Assembly (NCBI GenBank): GCA_002633005.1
Contig: NMRA01000086.1
Span: forward strand, 62,001-126,000
Source: Phoronis australis
Taxonomy: Eukaryota > Animalia > Phoronida
DNA length: 64,000 nt
Direction of reading: 5' to 3'
The stretch's first letter is position 1, and every line of letters starts with the position of its first letter. Shown piece by piece: positions 1 through 12,627 of the stretch. Both the position numbers and the translations under genes were made by a program. The notes under the pieces were generated by a model. It was not told the DNA's origin. It did no database searches and saw nothing but the letters and a program-made list of their open reading frames with translations.

Positions 1-2600
1 CAAATTCTTGTTTTGTCTGATGCCCAGGGCATATGCAGTAGATGACCAAATTGTTTAATTGCATCAACCTAGGACAATAACTTATCGAATGGAGACCAGT
101 CACAAAAACGTTTCAAATGCTAATTCAATGACTCGGAACGTGAGCACACTACAGTATAACGTGCCCAAAATATTGTGCGGGGTAGAAAATTGACAGTGCA
201 ATTGTATCTACTTGAATTTCGTGGAATCTGACCTTTGCAGCTACACCTAATCATCACCAGTATGCAATAAGAGCGAGTTGTACACCATGCGGAATTATAG
301 ATGGTGAGAGTAATTTGTTTATGGCATCTTTCTTCCATCAGTAGACCTCGGGATCTAGAGCTGGTGATATTCCACCCCATGACTGACTGTTAATGGGCTC
401 TGTTTAGGTTTACATTCTCTGTGAATGCCTCTGTTGTCGGTGACAGTTTGAGGGCGGACATATATTTCTTGCTATTTCTCTTCCCCATACCAGTAATCTG
501 ATTCCTGACATCTTCCCGATTCTCTTCATTCCATAACAGGCGCACATACATTTACTGGCCTGTTTCATGACATCAGAAAAATGTGCATTAAAAGTGACGA
601 TGGCAGACAGATCATGTCCAACCTTCAATATTTTAACGATGGAACCCTTCATAGTAGCATGCCACCGTGTTACACCCCTACAGGGCTTGGGCAGGGAGGA
701 GACCTTCACAATGTCGCCACATGTTTCCACTGTTAACTTCGTTTCTTCGCCGGACTGTTCTACACTTACTAGGTGATTTCATGGTTGCGGTATTGATTGA
801 AGATTTTCCTTGTCTCAGTAATGCACATGAAAGACAAAGACATTTTTGTCACCAGAAACAACTTAAAATTTCTTTAAGTTCATATGCACATTTCACGTCC
901 TGTTGCATAATAATGGAGCTAGCTTCTTCGTGGGATGTCTACAATGTCCTGGTACTATCTAAGGGACAAGGATCTTCATCAATGATTACCTATTTGTGTT
1001 CCTAGCGTACTGCTAGCCTTTCTCGAAGTCTGATAACATTGCCTGCCCCATTCTTATTATTTCATGTACGTTACCTGTTGGAGTAGCAATCACACTGCGT
1101 CTTTGGGATGGACATTGGGATCCAATAGATCGATGCTGGTATATACTTTTGACACATTCATGCAATATCCTGGGCACGTGCATCAAGACGTGCCTTACTT
1201 TCTTCCCTGTGATAGGTTTTAGTACAAGATCTAATGTTACCGCCCTCCATCTCGCCAAGATCTGTTTCAATTTTGTAGGACGAACGGCAACTTGTGCCCA
1301 AAGCTTAAGAGTCTCTTCTTTGAGGGCAATTCCCTACTATTCCCTCACTACTGTATTCGTACCTCATCAATGTGGTCCCTATAAACTGATCGTTCCGAGC
1401 CCCATTCCAGCATTAACCCAAGTCATTAAACTAATCTGCGTTTTTTCAATGGTCTGTGGGAGCGCAGGGCAATAGGCAATACCTTTTTTGGAATTTAAGA
1501 TCTCAAACTGCAGAACACACACTACACAAAATATTTTCTTACTTCATCATCAAAGAGGATATTCTGCTACAACCTGCAAACAGATTTCATTAAATTCATT
1601 GACCACTGAAACATGGGTGCAAATATTTATAACTAACCTCTGGTGTCTGATGCAGCAGTTGTAAGCACAAGTACAATTTTGAATACGGCAGCTGTAATTT
1701 GTGTAAATTATCAATTATGCAAATTCATGATGACCACGAAATCATGAGATCAATTCGAAAATAATTGACATGCAATGCCCGTAAGGAAATTATGAACAGA
1801 AACAGTATTTGGAATACTGGTGTCTTTTATTTGTAACAACTTGCAAACTCATTTCACAGAAACATGGATAGACGTTAAAGTAGTTTACTTGGGGTGCCTA
1901 GTACTTCAGCTATAAGCAAAAGTAGAATTTTGAATAATGGCGGCCTTAATTTGTATATATTATGCAAATCTACGATGTATCCACTAGCAAACGAGGTCCA
2001 TTAAATTCACTGACCATAGAAGCATACTAGTGAAAACATTGAAGTAACCAGTCTGAAGTGCTTGGTAAGGGCGTTTTAAGCAAAACACAATTTTGAATAA
2101 TGGTGGCCTTAATTTGCATTAATTATGCAAATTTATCATGCAACAACATGCAAACTGATTTCATTAAACTAACTGACCATAGAAACATAGGTGCAAATAT
2201 GATAATTCACCTGTGATGATTGGTACCAAAGCTATTAGAACAAGTAAAATTTTGAACAATGGCGGCCTTAATTTGCATAAATTATGCAAATTGACAATGT
2301 ATTAACCAAAAACCTTGCACTATTAAATTCGTTGACCATGAAAACATGGGTAAAAACGTCAAAATTATTTGGCTGCAGTGCTTGGTAGGCAAATTATAAG
2401 TAAAAATAGAACTTTGCATAAAGACGACCTTAATTTGCATATTTTAAAAAATGCTCAAGGGTTGCGAACGCCCCCCCCCCCCCCAANCCCCCTAAATCAT
2501 GATTAACTATGCATAGGCTACATGAAAAAGCAAAGAAAAACTTTATCCGGCAAATCCAGGTTAAGTAAAAAACAGCATTTGGCTCCCGTGTCATGGACTG
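1..2600 (-). mobile_element. Degenerate Academ (AcademX-like) DNA transposon, 5' part plus decayed transposase/XPG coding remnant; continues off the left edge
   Basis: Minus-strand frameshifted/stopped remnants read ...TSHEEASSIIMQQ...VVSGDKNVFV... (HEEAD/DTDV PIN-XPG-like), LLPAQAL*GCNTVACYY (H3TH GCD-like) and IRCSCKGQ...NCTVNFLP (Cys-rich finger), the order expected for the Academ XPG + Cys-finger protein. Terminus reads CAGTCCATGACACGGGAGCCAAATG on - strand at 2600; subterminal AAAAATGCTCAAGGG shared with the 11-kb end. Confidence 0.6.
1560..2450. repeat. Degenerate ~160-bp subterminal tandem repeat (about 5 units) of the Academ element
   Basis: Recurring ATTAAATTCAYTGACCAT-GAAACATGGGT...AATTTTGAATAATGGCGGCCTTAATTTGCAT at ~1589, 2001, 2163, 2322 plus weaker copies. 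Confidence 0.75.
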
Positions 2601-3629
2601 GAAGAAGCCATGCCGTTTTTACGACACTGCTTCAGTTCTCATTGGCCAGATTATTTTTAGCACTGTATGCCTGGGCTGACAACTTCTTGACCTTTACATA
2701 AAACACGCAGTTGTATATTATTCTTTCTTTATTTAGACGGTTTCTATGGTAGCACTTTATCTAATTGTTCACAATCGTTTAGCTAAGTCCTTCGTACATT
2801 TTAACCATACCTAGAGATCTCGTGCGCAAAGTCAGCAGTCGTAATATTGAATCATGGAATAAAGCAGTGGATGGTGCCCTTTGTCTGAAAAGAAAAATAG
2901 AGAGAAACGAATGCCGGGTATTTAAAGCACTTTGAAAACGGTTCTGAAAGGAAGAGCGATCAAGGACGTGCACGCGGAATAAGGACTGGGTGATCAGTTT
3001 CAGTACCGTTGCAGGGTCTTGATCTCGTTGAACATGCTGAGAAACATGTAATAAAGGGTTTCAGCGAGTTTTAGAAGTCTACAGTTCAGTTGCGACCCCA
3101 CCGCGAAGACATTAGCCTAGCTAGGACAGTTACGGAACAAGAGCGATCCCAAATTTCAAATTTCTCAAATTTGAGATGTTTCCTGTAGGTAAGCCTACAT
3201 GTACCTAGGTTGACTAGGGCCTATTAGAAAACGAATCAAATTGATCGAAAAGGGGTAAAAAGTGACAAACGTGTCAACGTTGCCATGATAGTAACACGAG
3301 GCCTAGCGCTGCATCTGATCCTCGAGTTTAACCTCCAGGCAATATACGATCTTTGTGCATTATTACTACCCTCTTTCGATCATAACGCTACAGGCCTATC
3401 CGGAGGGGTGAAACAATTGATGGCACCCAGACTTCTGTGTGTGGACATTAGTTTGCATGCCCTGACGACAGAGCCTCGCGAAAATGGAAGGTGACGCACG
3501 TGTGACCGCGTGATATCGCCATGTAGCGAAGCACATGATCACGAGAGCTTCATTCTTCGCAGGATTTTGCGCCTGTGGAACTCAACCCTAGTTTGGACGT
3601 CTGTTGTAAACGGGAATGAGCAGCCAAGT

Positions 3630-4014
3630 CAGGGGTACCATAGAATCATAAGCACGAACATCGCATCTTACGCACGAACCACCTACGAACCTATGAATCA
3701 TGCATACGAACCTATGAATCATGCATACGAACCCAAAAATTACGCATAGGCCTACAAACAAAAATCATGCGCACGAACGACAAAAGTCATACATACGAAC
3801 ACAAAACATACGCACGAACACTGTATTATTTGGTGGTTCGTGCATATGATTCGGATGCTCACACGTATGTTTTGTGTTTGCATGTGATTTTTGAGGTTCG
3901 TGCGCATGTTGGGTACGTGTGCATGATTCATGTGTTCGTATGCAAGATTCATAGGTTCGAAAGTGTTTTTTGCGTAAGATGCAATGCTCGTGCGTATGAT
4001 TGTATGGTACCCTG
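3630..4014. mobile_element. Foldback MITE with CAGGG termini and 5-bp TSD (hAT5-like)
   Basis: CAGGGGTACCATAGAATCATAAGCACGAAC... / ...GCTCGTGCGTATGATTGTATGGTACCCTG, long imperfect TIRs (>100 bp), CAAGT duplicated at 3625-3629 and 4015-4019; internal 21-bp tandem TACGAACCTATGAATCATGCA. Confidence 0.8.
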
Positions 4015-4357
4015 CAAGTGAATATTTCAGTACTTTTATTTGATGCCTGGTTATCTTGAGTGGGCCATATAACATTTACCTTACAAGAAATTCTTTGGAC
4101 TGGGTTGATTTAGTTTGTTGTTCTTTCAGCAGCCATCACCAAAAGGCATTTCTTGATATCAAACAAATAATCTCAGAACGTTAGCATCTGTGTACCACGA
4201 TCAACACTTCATACGATTTGTGTTGAACAAACAAGTATATAACGGTCTTACCTCTTCAAGCCTCAAACACCATACAGCGTGCACTGCGCGAATGCCATCT
4301 TGTTCAGTGAATCGCACGTGCGTTCGCAAAATCTTGCTTTTTTGAACGTCGGTACCA

Positions 4358-4911
4358 GGATTTTCCGAAAATAGGCCCATCCAAAAAGCGCCCATGGCGT
4401 GTTTTCTGTAACTGCGTGTTTTGAACATCTGACAGATTGTTTTAAAATACTTTCGCATTATGTTATGATTTTTTTTCATTTTGGCAAAGCTATCTTTTGG
4501 GATTTTGGTTTCACTCAAATGACTACCATTTAACGAATTATTGGGTAACTTAGTTGGTAACCGTATTAGTTTGAAGGTCAGTTTTAAAGCACAGTGTTTG
4601 CAGAATGTGATATAGCTATACACGAGTAAATGTCTACCACATAAGTGCAGAAAAAATGCCAAACTGATTCTTTATCAGTACAAAGCAACAGTGCTTTTCA
4701 AGACTACCCACGTTTACAGAAGAGTGTTCAATTTTACGTACTGTAAAACATTCTTGATTGAATAATTGATGATAATTATTTGCTCTAAAACTGCATCGTA
4801 AATGCTTGACATAGTTTCCGAAAATACGCTCGGGTGTAAATTCGGTTCCATTTGAAGTTTTTGAAAGGTTGTTTCTGAATATCTGCCCATGGGGCTATTT
4901 TCGGAAATTCC
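4358..4911. mobile_element. Possible old MITE (23-bp imperfect inverted ends)
   Basis: GGATTTTCCGAAAATAGGCCCAT (4358-4380) vs ATGGGGCTATTTTCGGAAATTCC (4889-4911); no clear TSD. Confidence 0.3.
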
Positions 4912-7900
4912 CGTTTGTAACAAGTTGAAGTAGCAAAGCAAGCAGACGCCAGACAGAAACACTTTCCATTTTTGAGGAAATTGCAAATTTGAATCAGGAA
5001 TTTGCATTATTGTGTCGAAGTATTAATCAATGAGGAAACCACTACGATTTCTGGAAAACGTGCTTTCGGAAACATTAAGTTGTGAAGTGTTAATCGTGAA
5101 TCTAAAAATTTTAGATTCTAGATCAATTTTCAGTGACACTCTTCAAAACCCCAGGGAAACTTGTTTTATTGCATTGAATAAGAATCTTCAAAAATACCAG
5201 TAGAACTTAAACAGAAGTAAAAGAGTGTCGATAATGGGTATGCTTACGCTGTTACCAAGGGTTACCAGTGTTTAGGCCTACACAATAAGAAGCAGGAGTG
5301 TACATTATCACATATCTGTCCTTACTGTTCAAGTAATGAACCGCTAATTCAGCCAATTATGAATTTTGACCTTTTCTACCAGACACTCAAAAAACAAGGA
5401 AGTGTCGGTGAAGTGCTTCCGGCAAGAATCAGACCCTCCTCTTTTGAAAAAGACTGCTCGGATGTTTCTTAAACACAGCTAAATCATGACTGGTGCAAAA
5501 CAGTCTGGCTATTACAGATCTTACGAAAAGAAATCAATTTGAGATTGTATTTATCTCTTTGGGTCAGTGCCGAATTATAGGGAGTATATCGATATTTTGC
5601 TACCAATATACCTTTCTTTTTGCATGCTAAATTTCACTAAAAATACATGGTCACGTGATCATCTAATGGCAGATTAGTAAAGTCTCAGGCTTTCTAGTTT
5701 CGGAAAATATATACTTTTACTGAGTTAAAATTTATAGTTTTGTAGACATTTGGCTACATACGCAGACTTGTCTATAAGATCCTACATGAAGACGGAAAAA
5801 ACAATTGATGCTAACATTAGGGCGACGCTCCGCCAGGAAACCCCTAATTGTAACCTACGGAACTACTTTTGCATACTAGCAAATTGGCTGCCACTGAAGT
5901 GATTGGTCGGTGCAGATGGAATGCTGAATTATGGGAGGAAATTCATGGTTTCCGTTCCATTAGTGTAGAATTATCGCCGCAAGAGTCTCGCGAGTGTCTT
6001 GCGTCGCGTAACGTAGCCAATTCTAACTTTAAATCCATCTAAGTCAACCACCAATTCGGAAAGTATTCCGACAGCGTCCCCCCGACTGCGAGGAACAATG
6101 TCACGTACACCTTACGAGTTTGTCAACATGTGATTCATTGGTAGTTGCGGGAGGCGTCGTCGAATTACGTAAGCAGAGGGATGAGGCCATAGTAGTGTTT
6201 CGTTAATGAAATTTTGGTGCATTTGCGATTTTTCTACTCTTTCCGGTACTTTGTCTTCAAACTGTCCCGGTGTACGAATATACAGCAGACGAAAGTTTCG
6301 CGAGCAAAAGCCAAATGCATAATATATACCAGGACGTGTATATTTGGCTGTGCCGAATAAAAAACAGTACACAACTAGGATAGTCGGTGCCAGTGCCGTA
6401 ATTTTTTGTGTACATTTCTTATGGACCTACAGCAATAAATTTCTTACAATGTTCTTTTCGATCATATTTTACTGAAATTGATTCCATTTAGAGCCGCATA
6501 ATCAAAATGTTTCCGAAGGAGCAAACAAACTGTTGCAAGGCGTTGTGGATATCCACGCTGCTGGAGGTGAATTTCTTTCACCTTGTACTTATTTATCAAG
6601 GCGTAGGCCCCTTTTGACCGTGAATACGTATGTTAACAGTTTGCTTTCATCAGGGGCCTGCCCTTTTCCTCGGGCTTGCTCTGTGTCCCATCGTTGGTCT
6701 GCTTTGGTTCCCAACCATTGTGACATAAAGGTGAGAACACGTATGGAACATTCAGCTCTCAGACTATCGCCGGATAGCTTCTGAAGCGCAGTGACAGTTC
6801 ACTGCTTGCACACTTTGGTGGCGCTGCAAAAATGAATGTTGTTCATTGTTGTTTAGGACACAATGCATCGATTTTGCATCTACTTAACAACGCAAACGTG
6901 AAAGCGCACGAGTTCCAAACATGCAAAACCATTGCAGTCAGGACATAAAACCTCGTTTCCAAGCCGTACAAGTGTAAATTGCCAAGGGCCCAGGTGTCCC
7001 TGAATAAGATATCCACACATTCTCACTTAAAACCTCTAAACGTCTTTGATAACAGGCGATAAAAATTAAAACTTCATTCTGTACAGACCGAGTAAAAAAC
7101 GGCGATGAATTGTGTCGTCCATGTCCAGTTCGGGAAGAGTACGAAATCATTGTACTCTTTCACAGTGCTACGAGGTGCAGTCTGCCGTACAGGTGGCGCT
7201 GTGAGTATTTCAAGTACTTGTTCCTTTCCAAACAATGATGTTATTGAAAAAATCGTTAGTCCCTAATTTCTGCAAAAGGCGTCCGCAGCCCTCGGAAATT
7301 CGCAGTGCGAACTGTGGTCAAATACTCTGGCCAAATGTTACCATACCAACAAATCTCCCTCTTTCGGACAAAAAGATTTTAAAAATTTATATCTCGGATT
7401 GAGCGTGCAATTGACTGCTTTTCACTACTCGGTTGCACGTCACCTGGATTCAACCTTATCTGCTTTTTTGACAAAAATTAACACATGAAAGATGTATTGT
7501 GTGTTAGACATTGAAGTAACTGTTGAAGGACCGTTGTTGGTGAATTTCAATCCCTGCATTGACTTCGATAGTCGTGACTACGCCGAACGTACAGAGCGAC
7601 GTTGATTTCTCCTGAGTTGAACGAAAGTCGGAGAAAAATCGAACGTGCTCCAATTCACCCAAAATTTTTATGGAACTTTTTAGCAAGAAAAGTCGTGTTG
7701 CAAAACCTGCCTATTGACTTCGACTTCGCCTTGGTCACATTTTGGTGCAGCTCGGCCGATGCTGTTGAATGAGTGCCCGGATCGCTGGGCGATTTCTATG
7801 GGATCGCTGTCGAACGATTGGGAATCTTTGACGCTGAGACCCGGTTGTCAGCCTATGTGGCCATTTTTCTGTCAGAAACTCGTCGGATCGGTGTAATGAG

Positions 7901-9781
7901 CGACTCCTGCGATTTAGACAGTTCCGTCTACGAAGTCGATGCATGGTGTATAAATATCGGAGTGTGATGGCGGGAAAGTAATTGGTCGTACCATTCCATT
8001 GAGAATTTTTAAATGCTCACAGCGAACATTGGCATTTCTAATGACGGAGTTCAAGGCATGCCAATGAGCCAACGGCGTAAGTTTTCCGGCTGCGGGCTCG
8101 CAAAACCCTCGCTCCGCCACTGGCAAATAAACTGCACTTTAACAATACTAAACAGTCAGATAATTACCCACTATCACGACCCTTTTACTGACAAAATACA
8201 ACGCAGGCTGCTATAGAATCTGAGAATAAAAACAGTCGTCAAGAGTGATTAAATATAGAACGTTACACTGACATTATCGGTGTAGGCTACAGCCTACACG
8301 GCAATCGGCGAAGTTACTCACAGGGGAGGGGTCAATCCGGAACCAATGGTGGAATTCAATGGAACGTGTGCACAAGGTCACGGACGTAAAAATGGTCGCG
8401 AGTATATATCTTCTGCGAAGTGCAAGGTTATGTGCGCTACTCCAGTCTGTCTACCCAGCCTTGCCATTAAGGAAGTGATATCAGAGACCATCTGCAGCAT
8501 ATGTAGTGATGACGTCATATGCATCAACGAATCAGGCATTAGAATTAATTGCGTGAACAATGAGATGGTGAGTAGGCTACATGCGGCGTGTCTGCTTGAG
8601 AGCTCGGCAGTAAATCATGATAGCTGCAAATATACTGGCTGTGTGGAGACCCATTTACACTGTTCACTTCCTATCTCGGTGAGATCGAATAGCAATAGAA
8701 TAGAGTAAACGCAATAAGCCGCGCTCGTTCTAATGATTCTGTTTAGGCATGAGCCTCAGTTGCACGCTCGAACTCTGCTTGCAGCACTCACTTCGGGTCA
8801 CGGCAGTTTAGCCGCCGGGCAGTCAACCAACAGTTGGTCACTATAACTATAGGCGGATTTAGGGCCCCGCGGTCAAAAAACGACGACAGCATTTTTAGGG
8901 CTTCCTAAGACTCCTCGCTTCAAAAATTTTAACTGTCCTACCCCTTTACAATACTCTAGATCGTCCAGTAAATCTGGAAACTGGATATTTGTTTACTGAA
9001 CAACGTATCTACTGCTACAACTTACACTGCTTAGTGTGATAGTTTTTTTTTCAGTTTCGGTTTCAAGTATAAATTTGCCGCAGTGTTCGGTAATGGAAAG
9101 TTCACCACCAAGTCAAAGACACTTTACTACTTTGGTTATCCTCAGGAAGGCATTACAATCCTGGTATGATTGGCCAGGTCATGGGATGCAGCGGTGACGC
9201 CATGATTGCTACCACTGCCACTACTACTGCAGTGGTGGATGTAGGATATCATAACAGGGGGAGGGCAACATTTTGTCTCAAAGACAATCGCGCGCAGAGT
9301 GCGACTTATAGTGGAGACTCGTAGCGACGAATGGGGGGACTGAGGTGAGAGGGAGGTTCACCCCTTCCGCCAAGGGGAAAATTTGTTTTCGTCTCTGAAA
9401 ACAAGGCAATAGCATTTTCCTTGATTGCTGGAGTATAATCAATCGTTTCCTTGGCCAGGTTGATATTGCGACTAGCGCGGCGAAATCTTAAGACCCAGAC
9501 CGCGTTATGGAATCCGACGTCGCTGCACGGCAAGTTTTTAACTCAATAAGTTGCCCGGAATAAAAAACGCCCTTGATTCTAGACTTTCACCTGCTTAACG
9601 TATCTTTTATGTCCCGATAATTTATGTTGTCATGACGCATACTCAAATGATTTATTCATATAAATTATGATAACACTCCGTGAGTGTTTGAAATAAATAA
9701 ATTAACAATTCTTGTTTTAAAGCATTCAAACTGTTTAACCGCGGCATCGCCGCTTGCGATTTAAAAATGGAAATTCATAAA

Positions 9782-9851
9782 TTGGATGGACTCGAACTCA
9801 CGACCCCTTGGTCAGAGAGCGTGCGCTTCTCCATTAAGCCACCACGCTTCC
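9782..9851 (-). mobile_element. tRNA-derived SINE head / tRNA-like remnant
   Basis: Minus strand GGAAGCGTGGTGGCTTAATGGAGAAGCG...GGGTCGTGAGTTCGAGTCC has Pol III A-box and B-box at tRNA spacing but no intact cloverleaf. Confidence 0.5.
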
Positions 9852-10854
9852 AAATAAACCCGTACTCTAAGAGACGTACTTATTTATGGCCCACACCGTT
9901 CACCTGCGAACCTGCTTCTTCCTGTAATGTTTATTGCACGTTTTATATTTTGCGCAACCAGTTTATAGCAAAAGCTGTTGTGTTTAAAACAGTCTTAAAT
10001 TGCCCAAAAGACTATATCCATTTTTCGTGTTGACATTCGCTGGTTCCCTGCGTGCCGCTAGGTGGTAGCCAGCACGTAGCCAGGAATCATTTAATTTTCC
10101 TCGGGAATTTTTTTTACACCGGCGTTTCTGATTGGCTGGTCGAATTCTCAAGAGGTAGCGCTTTACGAAAACAAACTGGCATGACTGATGGAGGAACTGT
10201 AAAAGTGGTCTGTTGGGCAGACAAATCGGTGCTTAAGATTCATGTTCCGGAAATGTGAATCCTAGAAATTGTGGTTGCGTCTTTCGGAGTGCATCTTTCT
10301 ACTGTTGCTGACTTTTGTTTACGAGCTGTCCTGTATTCATACAGTATGAATAACACACCGGTTAAAGTAGTAACCTTTTGTGGGGCGGTACTATCGCCCC
10401 TGTATGCCTGCGGCATCCAGGGCGATGTATTGCCTAATTCTTCCACTTTTCCCTCCGTCTCTCGTGTTCTTATCGGTCAAATTTTCACCTCTTCCACGAC
10501 CACGGCAGGTTCAATTCACGCTGCCGCTCCCTCTACACAGCTCTCCCCTCCCTCCTCCCTTTGGACCCACCGTGGGGCCTTTGGCGCACCCCCACCCAAC
10601 TCTTGTCTCGATGGTTTGTACACTTCTATGCCCGTGGGTTCCTCAATCGCAGGCTCTCAGCGTTCGTTTCGCTTTTGGTTTCCAACACCGTCGTCCTAAC
10701 CCCCTCCCTCAACCTCCCCGCTTTTGTCCCACCAGTTTTCCCCCTGTCCCCCCTTTTCCCCCGTCCGTTATGTTGTTGCGTCCGTGACGCCGGGCACTGT
10801 GTGCCTCACCTTTGGGTGACCGCAAAAGAGTTGAATTTTCGTTGTTTCAGTTCA

Positions 10855-11168
10855 ACGTGACCTTTGACCTCTCATTTGACCTCTCATTTGACCTTGCATC
10901 CATAAAATAATATCAGAAATGGACTCTCCGTCCCATAAAACATTAGAAACCAAAAATTGCAGGATCCTACACGGTATCATGTTCAGAGTGTGGAAATTAG
11001 GCGAAATTCAAGATGGCGGAAGCCGCCATCTTGAATTTAAAAAAATGCTCAAAGTTGCACAAGGTGCAACCAAGTTAATTTTGTTCTCCTAGCAACCTAT
11101 AATAAATTTACAAAAGAAAACTTTACAGTAAACATCATTGCAGGGTCAACTTTTTGGCAACTAGACTA
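10855..11168. mobile_element. Academ-like transposon end fragment
   Basis: Ends ...TTTTGGCAACTAGACTA (TAG-type terminus on - strand); shares AAAAAATGCTCAA with the 2450 end; contains hairpin AAATTCAAGATGGCGG-aag-CCGCCATCTTGAATTT (11004-11038) and TGACCT repeats. Confidence 0.45.
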
Positions 11169-12627
11169 ATTACTTGAATTAGTGCAATAATTCCACTGTG
11201 ATTAACCGCACGTAATTCAGAAGGGTTGAATTCAAAGTGGCTTGATGAGCGCCTGCATGACGAAGCTTTTTCGAAAATTTTTTCTTAACTCAGCTCCCTT
11301 CCTAAAATTATATCCCGGCTTGATAAAACAATGTAACGCTACTTAACATTCACATCGGCGTCCTCGCTAAACCCGGTTTGCTCTGCCATACTATTCAAAT
11401 ACTTAACTTCATACCACTGAATCATCTTCTGAAATAATCCACGTAACTCTTATGTCAGGGATTAAATGAAACGTATCAGATAAGTGGACAGGAGACACAC
11501 GAAAAAACATCTGAATAACTCAAATGATATCCAGACATACAACTGATAGTCGTCCGCACCTGTAAGTGAAGCGTGGGATAGGCGCGAAGCATTTGAGCAA
11601 AACATCCTTTAAAAGACCCTCATTTCGATACAGGCACGTGGGCTTAAATACGCGCAAACGCTGTATGTAAATGCAACCAAAACATTTTTTTATTTATTAC
11701 ATTGCACTGGTTAACAAAATGCGCACACGATTGGTATGAGAAATAAAATAAATAATAAACCAAGCAAATTTTGCAAGGACTAAGGACAAAAACCAACTAA
11801 GAGAAATTGAAAATATAATGCGCATCAGAGTGAATGGATTAACTAAAAAAATATTCGAGATTTACTGCATGTTGATATGAAAATTTAGTGAATTTTACAA
11901 TGGGATCTAACTGGCATGTTTTTAAAGTACACTGTCATAAAAAACAGGTTTCCAGAAATATTTTAGTTGACTGCTGTGACTTCAAAGCAAGTAAAACATC
12001 TCGTTGTATGTTTCAATAAATTTGCAAAATAATAACTTGTTGTGCCTTTTTGTTTGTTGTTTAGCTTAGACATACATTTTGGCAGTTTCACTTCATCGAC
12101 CCTTGAAGAGCACAAGAAGACCTTTAGACTTTATTGGGGTTTGCCAAATCTCAAATAGCGAACTCGAAAATGACGCGTGTACGCTTTGCGTGTGACCTGC
12201 GTTGGTAACGGAAATAGAATCATATCACGGCATGGAATGTTTAGGAGACCGATTTTATGACGATGTTTTTAGCCAATTGTGAAGCAGGTCGAAATGCAGC
12301 TTCAAATAAAGCACAGGTTAATAAAATTTCAAAGTAAAGCGGAACCCGCCGAACACGCTCGTTCCGTAACAATACAGGGTTTTTTAGTGATTCCGTCATC
12401 GATTGTGACTGCGCGCTTCTGCTAGAAGGGTAAATTGTAGTCGAACAGGAAGTAAACAGTGATGAAGACAAAGATGATCATCACTTCAAACGCAGTTGTA
12501 CTATGTTTGTGGTTTCTTAAAGGTATGTCGAGCTCCATTGTCATATATTTCAACATTCTTGACGGTGCAGGTATCTTTCCAATTCCGCTGTAGGCGTAAT
12601 CCGTTCTGTTCTCATGGAAAATAATAA

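Noticed and set aside
8346-8708. Cys-rich 120-aa ORF with an internal GTGAGT donor
   Set aside because: No recognisable Cys pattern and no partner exons found.
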